NCBI GenBank assembly: GCA_964648865.1
Contig: CAZYLV010000002.1
Span: 15,272 to 79,271, forward strand
DNA length: 64,000 nucleotides
Origin: an uncultured Gammaproteobacteria bacterium
GTDB lineage: Bacteria; Patescibacteriota; Patescibacteriia; 2-12-FULL-57-11
Direction: 5' to 3'
Shown here: positions 29,707 to 38,260 of the stretch, piece by piece
Position numbering within the stretch: the stretch's first letter is position 1
Layout of the letters: each line of letters begins with the position of its first letter
Made by a program: the position numbers and the translations under genes
The notes under the pieces: model-generated
The model's database searches: none
Seen by the model: only the letters and a program-made list of their open reading frames with translations
What the model was told of the DNA's origin: nothing

Positions 29707-30348
29707 ATGTTCACGCCCACCGTCCAAGTGCAGAACGCCCATTACGGCGGCGCCTACGACCATAAGGCGCGGTGGTTGAATTACTGGTACCAGATCCGTG
29801 AGGTGCTGGCGGCCAAGCCGGCCACGGTGTTGGAGATCGGTCTCGGCGGCGGGCTGGTGGCGGCGTATCTGCGCGCACAGGGCATCACCGTGACGACGAT
29901 GGACATCGACCCGTCGCTCACGCCGGACGTCGTCGGCTCCATCACGGCCATCCCGCTGCCGGACGCCTCCTTCGACGTCGTCCTCGCCGCCGAGGTCATC
30001 GAGCACATCCCGTTCGAGGAGGTGACGACGGCGCTCACGGAGATGGCGCGCGTCTCCAAAAAGACGGTCGTCGTCTCGACGCCGGACAGCCGCAGGACGT
30101 TGCTGTCGTTCGATGCCAAGCTGCCGTTCCTGCCGGCGGTGCGGCTGTTCCTCAAGGTCCCGTCGCTGCGCCGCCACGCCTTCGACGGCCAGCACTATTG
30201 GGAGATGGGCAAGCGCGGCTATCCGTACCGCCGCTTGGCCGCGGCTGCGGCCGTCGCCGGGCTCGTGGTGGAACGCCATTTCGTCCCCCAGGATTGCCCC
30301 ACCAAACACGTCCTCCGTTTCCGCAAGACGGCCGCCGCCCATGCCTGA
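29707..30348 (+). CDS. Class I SAM-dependent methyltransferase
   Basis: VLEIGLGGG, TMDID, FDVVLAAEVIEH, HYWEMG. Confidence 0.85.
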   Translation: MFTPTVQVQNAHYGGAYDHKARWLNYWYQIREVLAAKPATVLEIGLGGGLVAAYLRAQGITVTTMDIDPSLTPDVVGSITAIPLPDASFDVVLAAEVIEHIPFEEVTTALTEMARVSKKTVVVSTPDSRRTLLSFDAKLPFLPAVRLFLKVPSLRRHAFDGQHYWEMGKRGYPYRRLAAAAAVAGLVVERHFVPQDCPTKHVLRFRKTAAAHA

Positions 30349-31483
30349 GCTGCTCTACGTCGCCAACATGCGCCTGCCGTCCGAGAAGGCGCACAGCGTC
30401 CACGTCATGGAGATGTGCGCGGCTCTCGCCGACGAGGGGCTGACGGTGTCGCTGCTCGTGCCGACCCGCAGGACCGCCGTCATCGCCGAGGACGTCCACG
30501 GGCATTACGGCGTCCCCAAGAGTTTCGGCATCGTGCGGTGCCCGAGCCTCGATGCCTTCCGCGTGGCCTGGCTGCCGCGCCGCATCGCATTCGCGATCCA
30601 TGCCTGGACCTTCGCCCGCGCCGTGGCCGCGGAAGCCGCACGACATCCGAAGGACGCGCTCATCCTCTCGCGCGACGCCTACGTCGCCGCGCGGCTGGCG
30701 CGGCAGGGGAGGCGGGTGGCCTTCGAGGTGCACGACCTGCCCGGTCCGCGCGCCGCGCGTCTCCTGCGCACGATCCCGAAGATCGTGGTCACGAACGACC
30801 TCAAGCGGCAGCGGCTCGTCGCCGACGTCGGCATCCCCGCGGAGCGCATCCTCGTGGCGCCCAACGCCGTGGATGCCGCACGCTTCCGCGCGGATCCCGC
30901 GGCCGGTGCACGCTTCCGCGAGGAGCTCGGGATCGCCGTCGGGCGTCCGCTCGTGCTCTATACCGGACATCTCTACGCCTGGAAGGGCGTGGAGACCCTC
31001 GCTCGCGCCGCGGCCATGGTGCGCGCCGGACATCCGGACGCGAAGGTCGTCTTCGTCGGCGGAAGCCCGGGGGAGCAGGCGGCCTTCCGTGGCTTCCTGG
31101 AGCGCGAGGGCCTCGTGCCGCATGTGCGTCTCGTTCCGCACCGGCCGCACGCCGACATTCCGGGCATCCTGGCCGCTGCTGACGTCCTGGTGCTGCCGAC
31201 ATCCGGCCGGGAGCGCATGGGCGCCATCGAGACGTCGCCTCTCAAGGCCTTCGAGTACCTTGCCTCCGGCAAACCGATCGTCGCCTCTGATCTGCCCTCC
31301 TCGCACGAGGCGTTCGGGGAGGCCGGCCAGGTCGCGTATTTCGCATCTGACGATCCGCGGGACTGCGCCCGCGCCATCGGTGCGGCGATCGCGGCGTCTC
31401 CGTCGACAGCCGCACCTGAACCTGCTCCCCAGTGGACATGGCGGCGCCGTGCGCATACAATCGTCGCGTTCCTCCGGCTATGA
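30341..31483 (+). CDS. GT4 glycosyltransferase
   Basis: PSEKAH, FEVHD, PNAVD, YTGHLYAWKG, SPLKAFEY. Confidence 0.9.
   Translation: MPELLYVANMRLPSEKAHSVHVMEMCAALADEGLTVSLLVPTRRTAVIAEDVHGHYGVPKSFGIVRCPSLDAFRVAWLPRRIAFAIHAWTFARAVAAEAARHPKDALILSRDAYVAARLARQGRRVAFEVHDLPGPRAARLLRTIPKIVVTNDLKRQRLVADVGIPAERILVAPNAVDAARFRADPAAGARFREELGIAVGRPLVLYTGHLYAWKGVETLARAAAMVRAGHPDAKVVFVGGSPGEQAAFRGFLEREGLVPHVRLVPHRPHADIPGILAAADVLVLPTSGRERMGAIETSPLKAFEYLASGKPIVASDLPSSHEAFGEAGQVAYFASDDPRDCARAIGAAIAASPSTAAPEPAPQWTWRRRAHTIVAFLRL
31433..31461 (+). promoter_or_regulatory. Putative internal sigma70 promoter
   Basis: TGGACA-N17-TACAAT upstream of ATG 31480. Confidence 0.5.
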
Positions 31484-32451
31484 ACGCATCCATGGAGCGC
31501 GTCCGGTGCGCCGTCTGCGACGTCGACGATACCGCCGTCGTCGCCACCAAAGGCGACCTCACCGCCGACATGACCAACGTCGTCTGCCGCCGATGCGGTT
31601 TGGTGTACCTCAATCCGCGTCCGACCGAGGCCGCGTACGACGCCTTCCACGTCGAGGACTTCCTGGTGCAGCGCCACGGCATCAGTTCCACGGCGGACGT
31701 CGCCTACAAGGTGAAGGGGAGCGAGTTGACGATGAAGTCCGCGGTCCGCGATTTCCTGCGGCCGTCGTTCCGGCCGGGCATGCGCGTGCTCGACGTGGGA
31801 TGCGGCATCGGCACGCTGCTGCACCTCATCCGGCAGGAGGTGCCGGATGCCACGGTCCAAGGCATCGAGCTTGCGACGGTCGATGTCGAAGCCGCCAAGT
31901 CCTTCTACGGCCTGGATCTCTTCACCGGGAGCCTGGAGCAGTATGCCGCCGCGCATCCCGAGGACCGGTTCGATCTCATCATCCTCCACCACACCTTCGA
32001 GCATCTCCCGGCGCCGCGCGCCGCGCTGCGCACCATGGAGCGGCTGCTGGCGCCGCGCGGGGAGCTGTTCATCGCCGTGCCGAACGTCATGAACATCCGC
32101 AAACGACCGGAGATCTTCTTCCAGATCGCGCATCCCTACAGCTACTCCCCGGCCACGTTGCGGAAACTCCTGGCGCTCGAAGGGTTCGCTCCGGTGCGCT
32201 ACAACCGGCGCGGTGCCTACCCCGGCGGCATGGAAGTGCTTTCCCGCCGCACCGCCGAGGCCGAGCGGCCGTTGCCGCCCGAGGCCATGCGTGAGGGCGA
32301 CACCGCGGCCGCGGTGCTGCGCCACGTGCGCCTGTCGCGCGTCCGCTTCGCGGCGCTCCGCACCTTGCGCGACGTCTCGCTGTTCCTGTTGCCCAAGCGG
32401 CTGCGCTACAAGGTCGGCACGGCCGTGAGCACGAAGCTCAAGCGCCTATGA
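31480..32451 (+). CDS. Class I SAM methyltransferase with N-terminal Zn-ribbon
   Basis: CAVC...CRRCGLVYLNPRP, VLDVGCGIG, HTFEHL, VPN. Confidence 0.88.
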   Translation: MNASMERVRCAVCDVDDTAVVATKGDLTADMTNVVCRRCGLVYLNPRPTEAAYDAFHVEDFLVQRHGISSTADVAYKVKGSELTMKSAVRDFLRPSFRPGMRVLDVGCGIGTLLHLIRQEVPDATVQGIELATVDVEAAKSFYGLDLFTGSLEQYAAAHPEDRFDLIILHHTFEHLPAPRAALRTMERLLAPRGELFIAVPNVMNIRKRPEIFFQIAHPYSYSPATLRKLLALEGFAPVRYNRRGAYPGGMEVLSRRTAEAERPLPPEAMREGDTAAAVLRHVRLSRVRFAALRTLRDVSLFLLPKRLRYKVGTAVSTKLKRL

Positions 32452-34271
32452 AGATGCCGTGGTGGGTCGTCGCGCTCGGCGCCGTCGCCGCGACCATGCT
32501 CTTCAACCTCACCCAGATCCTGGTGCTCATCGAGGTGCTGCGGCAGGGCGGGGCCTACAACTACTTCACGTTCCTGGGGCCGGACGCGATGGTCAACCTC
32601 GCGCCGATGCTGCGCGACGTGCTTGATGGCCATCTGCGCATCGCCGACGGCCGCGTCCTCGAGCATGTGCACCTGCCGAGCCTGTGGTCGAACGTGACCC
32701 CGTACCTCGTGGCCCCGTTCATCCTCGCCGCGCGCTCGGTGCCCTACGGATTGTTCGTCGGCCGCATCGTGGTGGTCCTGGTCTCCTTCCCGCTGGCGTA
32801 CCTCATCGCCCGGCGGCTGGTCGGCGACGCACGTTGGGCGATGGCGTACGCGTTGCTCTTCTTCGGGCCGACCTTCCTGGGGCTCTACGCGTTCCCTGTC
32901 TCGCGCGAGGGGATCGGGATCCTCTTCCATGCGATCGTGCCGTTCGTCGAGCCGGCGCATGGGGTGCTGCTGAGCAAGTACAACAGCTTCTCCGTCCTGC
33001 CGACGCTCCCGATCTTCCTCGCCGTGACGCTCTTCCTGCTCGTCTGGCTCCAGGAGAAGAAGCGTTGGGCCGCGGCCGCCGCCGGACTCTCCCTCGGGCT
33101 CCTGCTTTCGACCTACGCCACGAGCGCCATCTATCTCGGTGCGGCGATCGGCATGCTCTTCGTCGGCGCGCTCGTCCGGCGTGCCTGGCGGGACGTACGG
33201 CACCTGCTGCTCCTCGGTCTGGCCGCGTTGCCGACCGGCGCCTACTTCATCGTCAACTACTTCACCATCCGCGCGCTGCCGCACGCCGCGGAGTTCTACG
33301 ATCGGCTGAGCGGCGACATCACGCATGCCTTCCGCTGGAGCGCCTGGCCGGAATACGCGGTGTACGCCGCGCTGGCCGCGGCGGTCGTCTGGGCCGCGCG
33401 GCGCGCGAAGGCGGTCGAGGCAGGGCGGCTCGTCGCGGCGCTGCTCCTCTCCGGCATCGTGGTCTGGAACATCCAGGTCCTGACCGGCTACAACCCGGCG
33501 CCGCCGGTCTGGCGCATCCACCAGATCTTCTTCGGGATGGGCCTGGCGGCGTTCTTCCTCGCGCATCGCCTGGTGGCGGAACTGCGGCAGCGGCGGGCGG
33601 CATGGGGGAAGGCCGCTGTCGCGGTCCTGCTGCTCATCGCCACGAGCGCCACCGTCCAGGTGGTCCGCGCGGAGGTCTCGCTGGCGCGCGACCAGGCGCC
33701 GCGTGCGGCCGTCCCGTCGGCGCTCGAGGCCTCGTTCGTCTGGATCGACGGGCACGCGCCGCGCGACGCCGTCTTCGCCAGCCCCTCGCTCGTCTCCGAC
33801 GCCCTCCTGCCGATGCGCACCCACGCCCGCGTGGTCATGCCGCGGGCCATCACCTCGCCCGCCCCGCAGGAGGAGATCCTGGACCGCTGGCTCGCCACGT
33901 ACGCGCTGTTCGACGCGCCCGTGGAGCGGTTCGAGGCGGCCCTGCGCGGCGATGTCGAGGCGGACGACCCGTACGCCTTCAACGCGGAGAACGGGTTGCC
34001 GATCCAGCTCTACGAGTACGCCTTTTTCCCGCACGACCTGGATTACTTCCGCACGCCGCGCAAGAAGGCCATCCCCGAGGACGTCATCCGGACGTTGCTC
34101 GAACGGTATCGGGCGTATCCCCGCGACCTTTCCGCCATCGCCGGGAAGTACCGGCTCGACTACCTCTACGTCGGTCCGTACGAGGAGCGTTTCGCCGGAC
34201 GCGACTTCGACGCCGAGCCGGGCCTGACCAAGGTCTATGATGCGGACGGCGTGCGCATCTACGGCCTATGA
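32448..34271 (+). CDS. Multi-pass membrane protein, GT-C-like glycosyltransferase
   Basis: About 12 hydrophobic segments, then a soluble C-terminal domain (FVWIDGH...KYRLDYLYVGPYE) typical of GT-C fold enzymes. Confidence 0.55.
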   Translation: MKMPWWVVALGAVAATMLFNLTQILVLIEVLRQGGAYNYFTFLGPDAMVNLAPMLRDVLDGHLRIADGRVLEHVHLPSLWSNVTPYLVAPFILAARSVPYGLFVGRIVVVLVSFPLAYLIARRLVGDARWAMAYALLFFGPTFLGLYAFPVSREGIGILFHAIVPFVEPAHGVLLSKYNSFSVLPTLPIFLAVTLFLLVWLQEKKRWAAAAAGLSLGLLLSTYATSAIYLGAAIGMLFVGALVRRAWRDVRHLLLLGLAALPTGAYFIVNYFTIRALPHAAEFYDRLSGDITHAFRWSAWPEYAVYAALAAAVVWAARRAKAVEAGRLVAALLLSGIVVWNIQVLTGYNPAPPVWRIHQIFFGMGLAAFFLAHRLVAELRQRRAAWGKAAVAVLLLIATSATVQVVRAEVSLARDQAPRAAVPSALEASFVWIDGHAPRDAVFASPSLVSDALLPMRTHARVVMPRAITSPAPQEEILDRWLATYALFDAPVERFEAALRGDVEADDPYAFNAENGLPIQLYEYAFFPHDLDYFRTPRKKAIPEDVIRTLLERYRAYPRDLSAIAGKYRLDYLYVGPYEERFAGRDFDAEPGLTKVYDADGVRIYGL

Positions 34272-35788
34272 CGCCCCGCCTGCTGGTCTTCTTCGTGGAT
34301 GGCGGGACATGGACGCTGCTCAAGCCCTGGATGGAGCAGGGGAAGCTTCCGGCGTTCGCGCGTCTCGCGCGGGACGGGGCGACGGCGACGCTCGAGAGCG
34401 TCATCCCCACCGAGACGAGCTATGCGACGGCGGCCTTCGCGCTCGGCAAGCATCCGGCGGCGCTCGGCGCCTTCGCCCCGGGGTCGCGCGGCTTGATCCC
34501 GGCGACCTCCGAGGGTTTCTCGGGCACACGTCTCTGGGAGGCGCTCGGCGAGGCCGGTCACCGCACGCTCGTCATGGACTTCCCGGGCACCTGGCCGCCG
34601 CGAACGGTGAACGGCGTCTTGTTCACCGGCTTCTTCACTCCCGAGGACGCCGAGGACCACATCGTCCCGCCGGAGATCCGTGCGCGGTATCCCGACTATC
34701 CGCGCGGGGGGAGCGAACTCGTCCGCATGCTCGACCAAGGGAAGGATGCGTTGCGTGACAAGGTCTTCGAGGTCACGCGTCGGCGCTTCGCCGCGTTCCG
34801 GGATGCCTGCCGGCGGGAGCCGTACGCCTTCGCCTGCTTCTACGTGAAGGGGACGGACCTGCTCCAGCACTATTTCTGGGACGATCCGGCGACGCTGCTG
34901 GATTACTGGACGGCCGTCGACGGCATGCTGGCTGAGGCGCTAGCGGACGGCTGGACGCACGTCCTGGTGGCCTCGGACCACGGCTTCGACGCGGCCCCCC
35001 GCACGACGTTCTCCACCAACCGCTGGTTGGCCGACGAGGGCTTCCTGCGCCTCACGGCGCGCTCCGGCGCGGGCGGCGCGGTCCGGCGGTTCCTTGCCGC
35101 GCATCCCGGTCTGGCGCGTGCCTACTACCAAGCCCGGCATCGCCTGGTCGGGTCGCGTCCGGCCGCGCGGACCGCCGTGGCCGCCGACCATCTGGTGGAG
35201 AAGGCCGAAGGCAGCGGCACGGTCAGCAAGGACGTCGACGTCGCCAAGAGCGCGGCCTACGCGCCCGGCGGCGCCCTCAACGGCAAGGGCATCTATCTCA
35301 ACCGCACGGCCACGCCACCCGGGTCGTCGGCGTACGACGAGCTGCGGGAGCGCATCATGGCACGCCTGGCCGCGGTGCGTCTCGGCGATGCTCCGGCGTT
35401 CCGCGCCGTGCTGCGCGGCGAAGATGCCTATCCGGGCACCGAGCCGGCCGCCATCCCGGATATCGTGCTGCAGCCGGTACCCGGACTGTTCGTCGAGGCG
35501 CGGGTCGGTCGGGCGGCCATCGGTCCGCGGGAGACCCGCAGTCGGGCGCTCGGTCATCACCTCGCGTCGCCGGACGGGATCCTCATCTGCCGCGGGCCCG
35601 ACATCGCTCCGGGGGAGCGGGGGACCGTCTCCATCCTCGATATGTACCCGACCGTCCTGGCCTGGTACGGTGTCGGCGGACCTGCCGATCTCTCCGGCGC
35701 GGCCGTGCCCTCGCTGCTCGGGCGTGCTCACGTGTCCGCGGCCGATGACGCCGCCGCGCGTCGGGCGATCGGCGAACTGGACCTCTGA
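34268..35788 (+). CDS. Alkaline phosphatase superfamily phosphodiesterase/nucleotide pyrophosphatase, paralog 1
   Basis: VDGG, SVIPTET, TDLLQHYFW, ASDHGF, NRWLADEG, ILDMYPT. No signal peptide evident. Confidence 0.85.
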   Translation: MTPRLLVFFVDGGTWTLLKPWMEQGKLPAFARLARDGATATLESVIPTETSYATAAFALGKHPAALGAFAPGSRGLIPATSEGFSGTRLWEALGEAGHRTLVMDFPGTWPPRTVNGVLFTGFFTPEDAEDHIVPPEIRARYPDYPRGGSELVRMLDQGKDALRDKVFEVTRRRFAAFRDACRREPYAFACFYVKGTDLLQHYFWDDPATLLDYWTAVDGMLAEALADGWTHVLVASDHGFDAAPRTTFSTNRWLADEGFLRLTARSGAGGAVRRFLAAHPGLARAYYQARHRLVGSRPAARTAVAADHLVEKAEGSGTVSKDVDVAKSAAYAPGGALNGKGIYLNRTATPPGSSAYDELRERIMARLAAVRLGDAPAFRAVLRGEDAYPGTEPAAIPDIVLQPVPGLFVEARVGRAAIGPRETRSRALGHHLASPDGILICRGPDIAPGERGTVSILDMYPTVLAWYGVGGPADLSGAAVPSLLGRAHVSAADDAAARRAIGELDL

Positions 35789-35789
35789 T

Positions 35790-37181
35790 ATGCCCCGTGT
35801 CTTTTTCTTCGGCGTCGACGGCATGCCTCCGCAATGGGTGCTCGACCGCTGGCTGCCGGAGCTCCCGACCTTCAAGCGCCTGGCCGACGCCGGATGCAGC
35901 GGCCGCATCATGAGCACCGTGCCGCCGACGTCCATCGCCGCCTGGACGTCGATCTTCTCCGGCTGCGACCCGGGGCGCCACGGCATCACCGGCTACGTGC
36001 GGCGTCCGCATCCGCCGTCGGTCGAGATGGGGCTCGTCGACGCCACCGACGTGCGCGTGCCGCGGCTCTGGGACGTGCTCACCGCCCAGGGCAAGCGGTC
36101 CATCGTGCTCAACGTGCCGATGACCTATCCCGTGAGGCCGTTCGAAGGCGTGATGGTCAGCGACTTCCTGACACCCGGCTTCGACGGCCCGAGCGTGCAT
36201 CCCGAGTCCTTCAAGAAGGACATCGTGGACCTGCTGGGACACCCGTACAGCTTCGACGTCTCGGAGTTCGGCGGCTACCGGCGCCTGACCAGCGAGGAGC
36301 TCGTGGAGCGCGTCTTCGCCATGACCGATGAGCATGTGCGTCTGGCAGAGCGGCTGCTCGACGGGCCATGGGACCTTTTCGTCTGGGCGACGCTCGGCAG
36401 CGATCGCCTGCACCACACGCTCTGGCGCTACCTGGATCCGAGCCATCCCCAGCACGAGCGGCACCCGGTCTTCTCCTCGGCCATCCTCGACTACTACAAG
36501 AAGCTCGATGGCGTGCTTGCGCGGATGCTCGAACGCCTGACGCCGGAGACCACGGTCATCATCTCTTCCGACCACGGCATGGCCACGATGCACGGCCGCG
36601 TCAACCTCAACGACTGGCTGTTGCGCGAGGGGTACCTCGTGCTCAAGGACGACTTCGCCGCCGAGGTGCGCGAGGGGCCGAAGAAGCTCGCCCTCTCCCG
36701 GGTCGATTGGGACCGCACCCGGGCCTTCGGGTTGGGCGCGTATGAGGCGCTCCTCTATCTGCATCCGGAGAAGAAGGACCAGGACCCCGCGGCCTACGAC
36801 GCGCTGTTCGCCGAGATCGCCGAGGGGATCGCCGCCATCCCCGGTCCGGACGGGCGCAGGTTGGAGACGGTGGTGCATCGGCTCGACCGCCTCTACGGCG
36901 ACGCCGCGCTTGCCGAGGCGCCGGACGGCGTGGTCTACTTCGATGGGCTGGCCATGGGAGCCAATTGCGACGTCGGCAACAACGGGCTCCACTCCTGGGC
37001 CAATACGGTCGGGCCGGACGACGGCCTGCATGCGCCGGAGGGGACCCTCATCATGAGCGGTCGCGGCGTGCCGCAGCGCGACGGCGTGCGTTGCTCCGTG
37101 ACCGACCTGGCACCGACCATCCTCCGGCTGCTCGATTGTCCCGTGCCAGAGCATATGACCGGCAAGGACATCCTGGTATGA
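35790..37181 (+). CDS. Alkaline phosphatase superfamily phosphodiesterase/nucleotide pyrophosphatase, paralog 2
   Basis: GVDG, STVPPTSIAAW, GCDPGRHG, SDRLHH, SSDHG, NDWL, GPDDGLH, DLAPT. Confidence 0.88.
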   Translation: MPRVFFFGVDGMPPQWVLDRWLPELPTFKRLADAGCSGRIMSTVPPTSIAAWTSIFSGCDPGRHGITGYVRRPHPPSVEMGLVDATDVRVPRLWDVLTAQGKRSIVLNVPMTYPVRPFEGVMVSDFLTPGFDGPSVHPESFKKDIVDLLGHPYSFDVSEFGGYRRLTSEELVERVFAMTDEHVRLAERLLDGPWDLFVWATLGSDRLHHTLWRYLDPSHPQHERHPVFSSAILDYYKKLDGVLARMLERLTPETTVIISSDHGMATMHGRVNLNDWLLREGYLVLKDDFAAEVREGPKKLALSRVDWDRTRAFGLGAYEALLYLHPEKKDQDPAAYDALFAEIAEGIAAIPGPDGRRLETVVHRLDRLYGDAALAEAPDGVVYFDGLAMGANCDVGNNGLHSWANTVGPDDGLHAPEGTLIMSGRGVPQRDGVRCSVTDLAPTILRLLDCPVPEHMTGKDILV

Positions 37182-37402
37182 CCGACAAAGCCAAACGCAA
37201 GTTCACCTCGGTCTCCATCCCGACGTTCCTCTTCGAGAAGATCAAGGAGCGGATGGGGAGGAGCGGCTTCCCGTCGGTCTCGAGCTACGTGGCCTACGTG
37301 TTGCGGGAAGTGCTCACCGACTCCCAGCCGGACGCCGCTTTGACTCGGGACAATGCAGAAAAAGTCAAGGAGCGGCTACGCTCCTTGGGCTATATCGACT
37401 AG
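37178..37402 (+). CDS. Small CopG/ribbon-helix-helix protein with C-terminal RLRSLGYID tail (74 aa)
   Basis: MTDKAKRKFTSVSIPTFLFEKIK...SVSSYVAYVLRE fits a beta-helix-helix pattern. ATGA overlap with the upstream gene. Confidence 0.75.
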   Translation: MTDKAKRKFTSVSIPTFLFEKIKERMGRSGFPSVSSYVAYVLREVLTDSQPDAALTRDNAEKVKERLRSLGYID

Positions 37403-37417
37403 TTTTCCACAGAGAGG

Positions 37418-37444
37418 AGACCCTGCCGCTTGGCAGGGTCTTTT
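37418..37444 (+). terminator. Intrinsic terminator
   Basis: AGACCCTGCC-gctt-GGCAGGGTCT followed by TTT. Confidence 0.75.
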
Positions 37445-37488
37445 GGCTATGTCATCATATGTAATGATTAGTAATTACGGGTAATGAG
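37430..37488 (+). promoter_or_regulatory. Putative promoter and phased-repeat operator of the phosphonate operon
   Basis: TTGGCA-N17-CATCAT. GTCAT/GTAAT/GTAAT/GTAAT start at 37451, 37461, 37471 and 37481. AT-rich island. Confidence 0.6.
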
Positions 37489-38256
37489 ATGACTCCTCGG
37501 ACTGCCATTATCGTCGCTGCGGGCATGGGGAACCGCCTGCGGCCGCTGACGGAGGATCGTCCCAAGTGCCTGATTGAAGTCGGCGGTCAGACCATGCTGG
37601 AGCGCGCCGTCCGCATCCTGCGTGGCGTCGGCGTTCCAGAATTGGCCATCATCCGCGGCTATCGCGGCGGGCAGATCGCGGTCGACGGCGCGCGGTACTT
37701 CGAGAACCCTGAGTACGCGCACAACAACATCCTCCATTCTGCCTTCTGCGCCGAAGAGGCCATGGCCGGAGGCTTCCTGCTGTCCTACAGCGACATCGTC
37801 TACCGGCCCTCTGTGGCAGAAGCGGCGTGCGCGACGGACGAAGACATCGCCGTGGTCGTCGATCGCGATTGGAAGCGCGCCTACGAGGGGCGTGACCTGC
37901 GCATGGAGGATGAAGCCGAGGTGGTCCTCGACGCCGATGGGGCGATCAGGAAGATCGGCAAGGGGGCGGTCTCGCCGGAGGAGGCGACCGGCGAGTTCAT
38001 CGGCATGGCGACGTTCTCCGGGCGCGGCGCGGACGTCCTGCGCGCGGAGTTCCATCGCCTGCTCGAGGCCTACCGCGGCCGCTTCGATGAGCCGTTCCAG
38101 CGGGCCGCGTCCTTCCGTAAGGCATACCTGACGGACATGCTCCAGGAACTCGTCGACCGCGGGGTGCGCGTCGGCGTGGTCCCTATCCACGGCGGTTGGC
38201 GGGAAATCGACACGCCGCAGGACCTGGAGCGCGCCAGCCGATTGTTCGCTTCATGA
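37489..38256 (+). CDS. LicC/PntC-family (phosphonate) cytidylyltransferase
   Basis: AAGMGNRL, PKCL, NNILHS, YSDIVY, GEFIG, WREIDTPQD. First gene of the phosphonate operon. Confidence 0.85.
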   Translation: MTPRTAIIVAAGMGNRLRPLTEDRPKCLIEVGGQTMLERAVRILRGVGVPELAIIRGYRGGQIAVDGARYFENPEYAHNNILHSAFCAEEAMAGGFLLSYSDIVYRPSVAEAACATDEDIAVVVDRDWKRAYEGRDLRMEDEAEVVLDADGAIRKIGKGAVSPEEATGEFIGMATFSGRGADVLRAEFHRLLEAYRGRFDEPFQRAASFRKAYLTDMLQELVDRGVRVGVVPIHGGWREIDTPQDLERASRLFAS

Positions 38257-38260
38257 CCGT

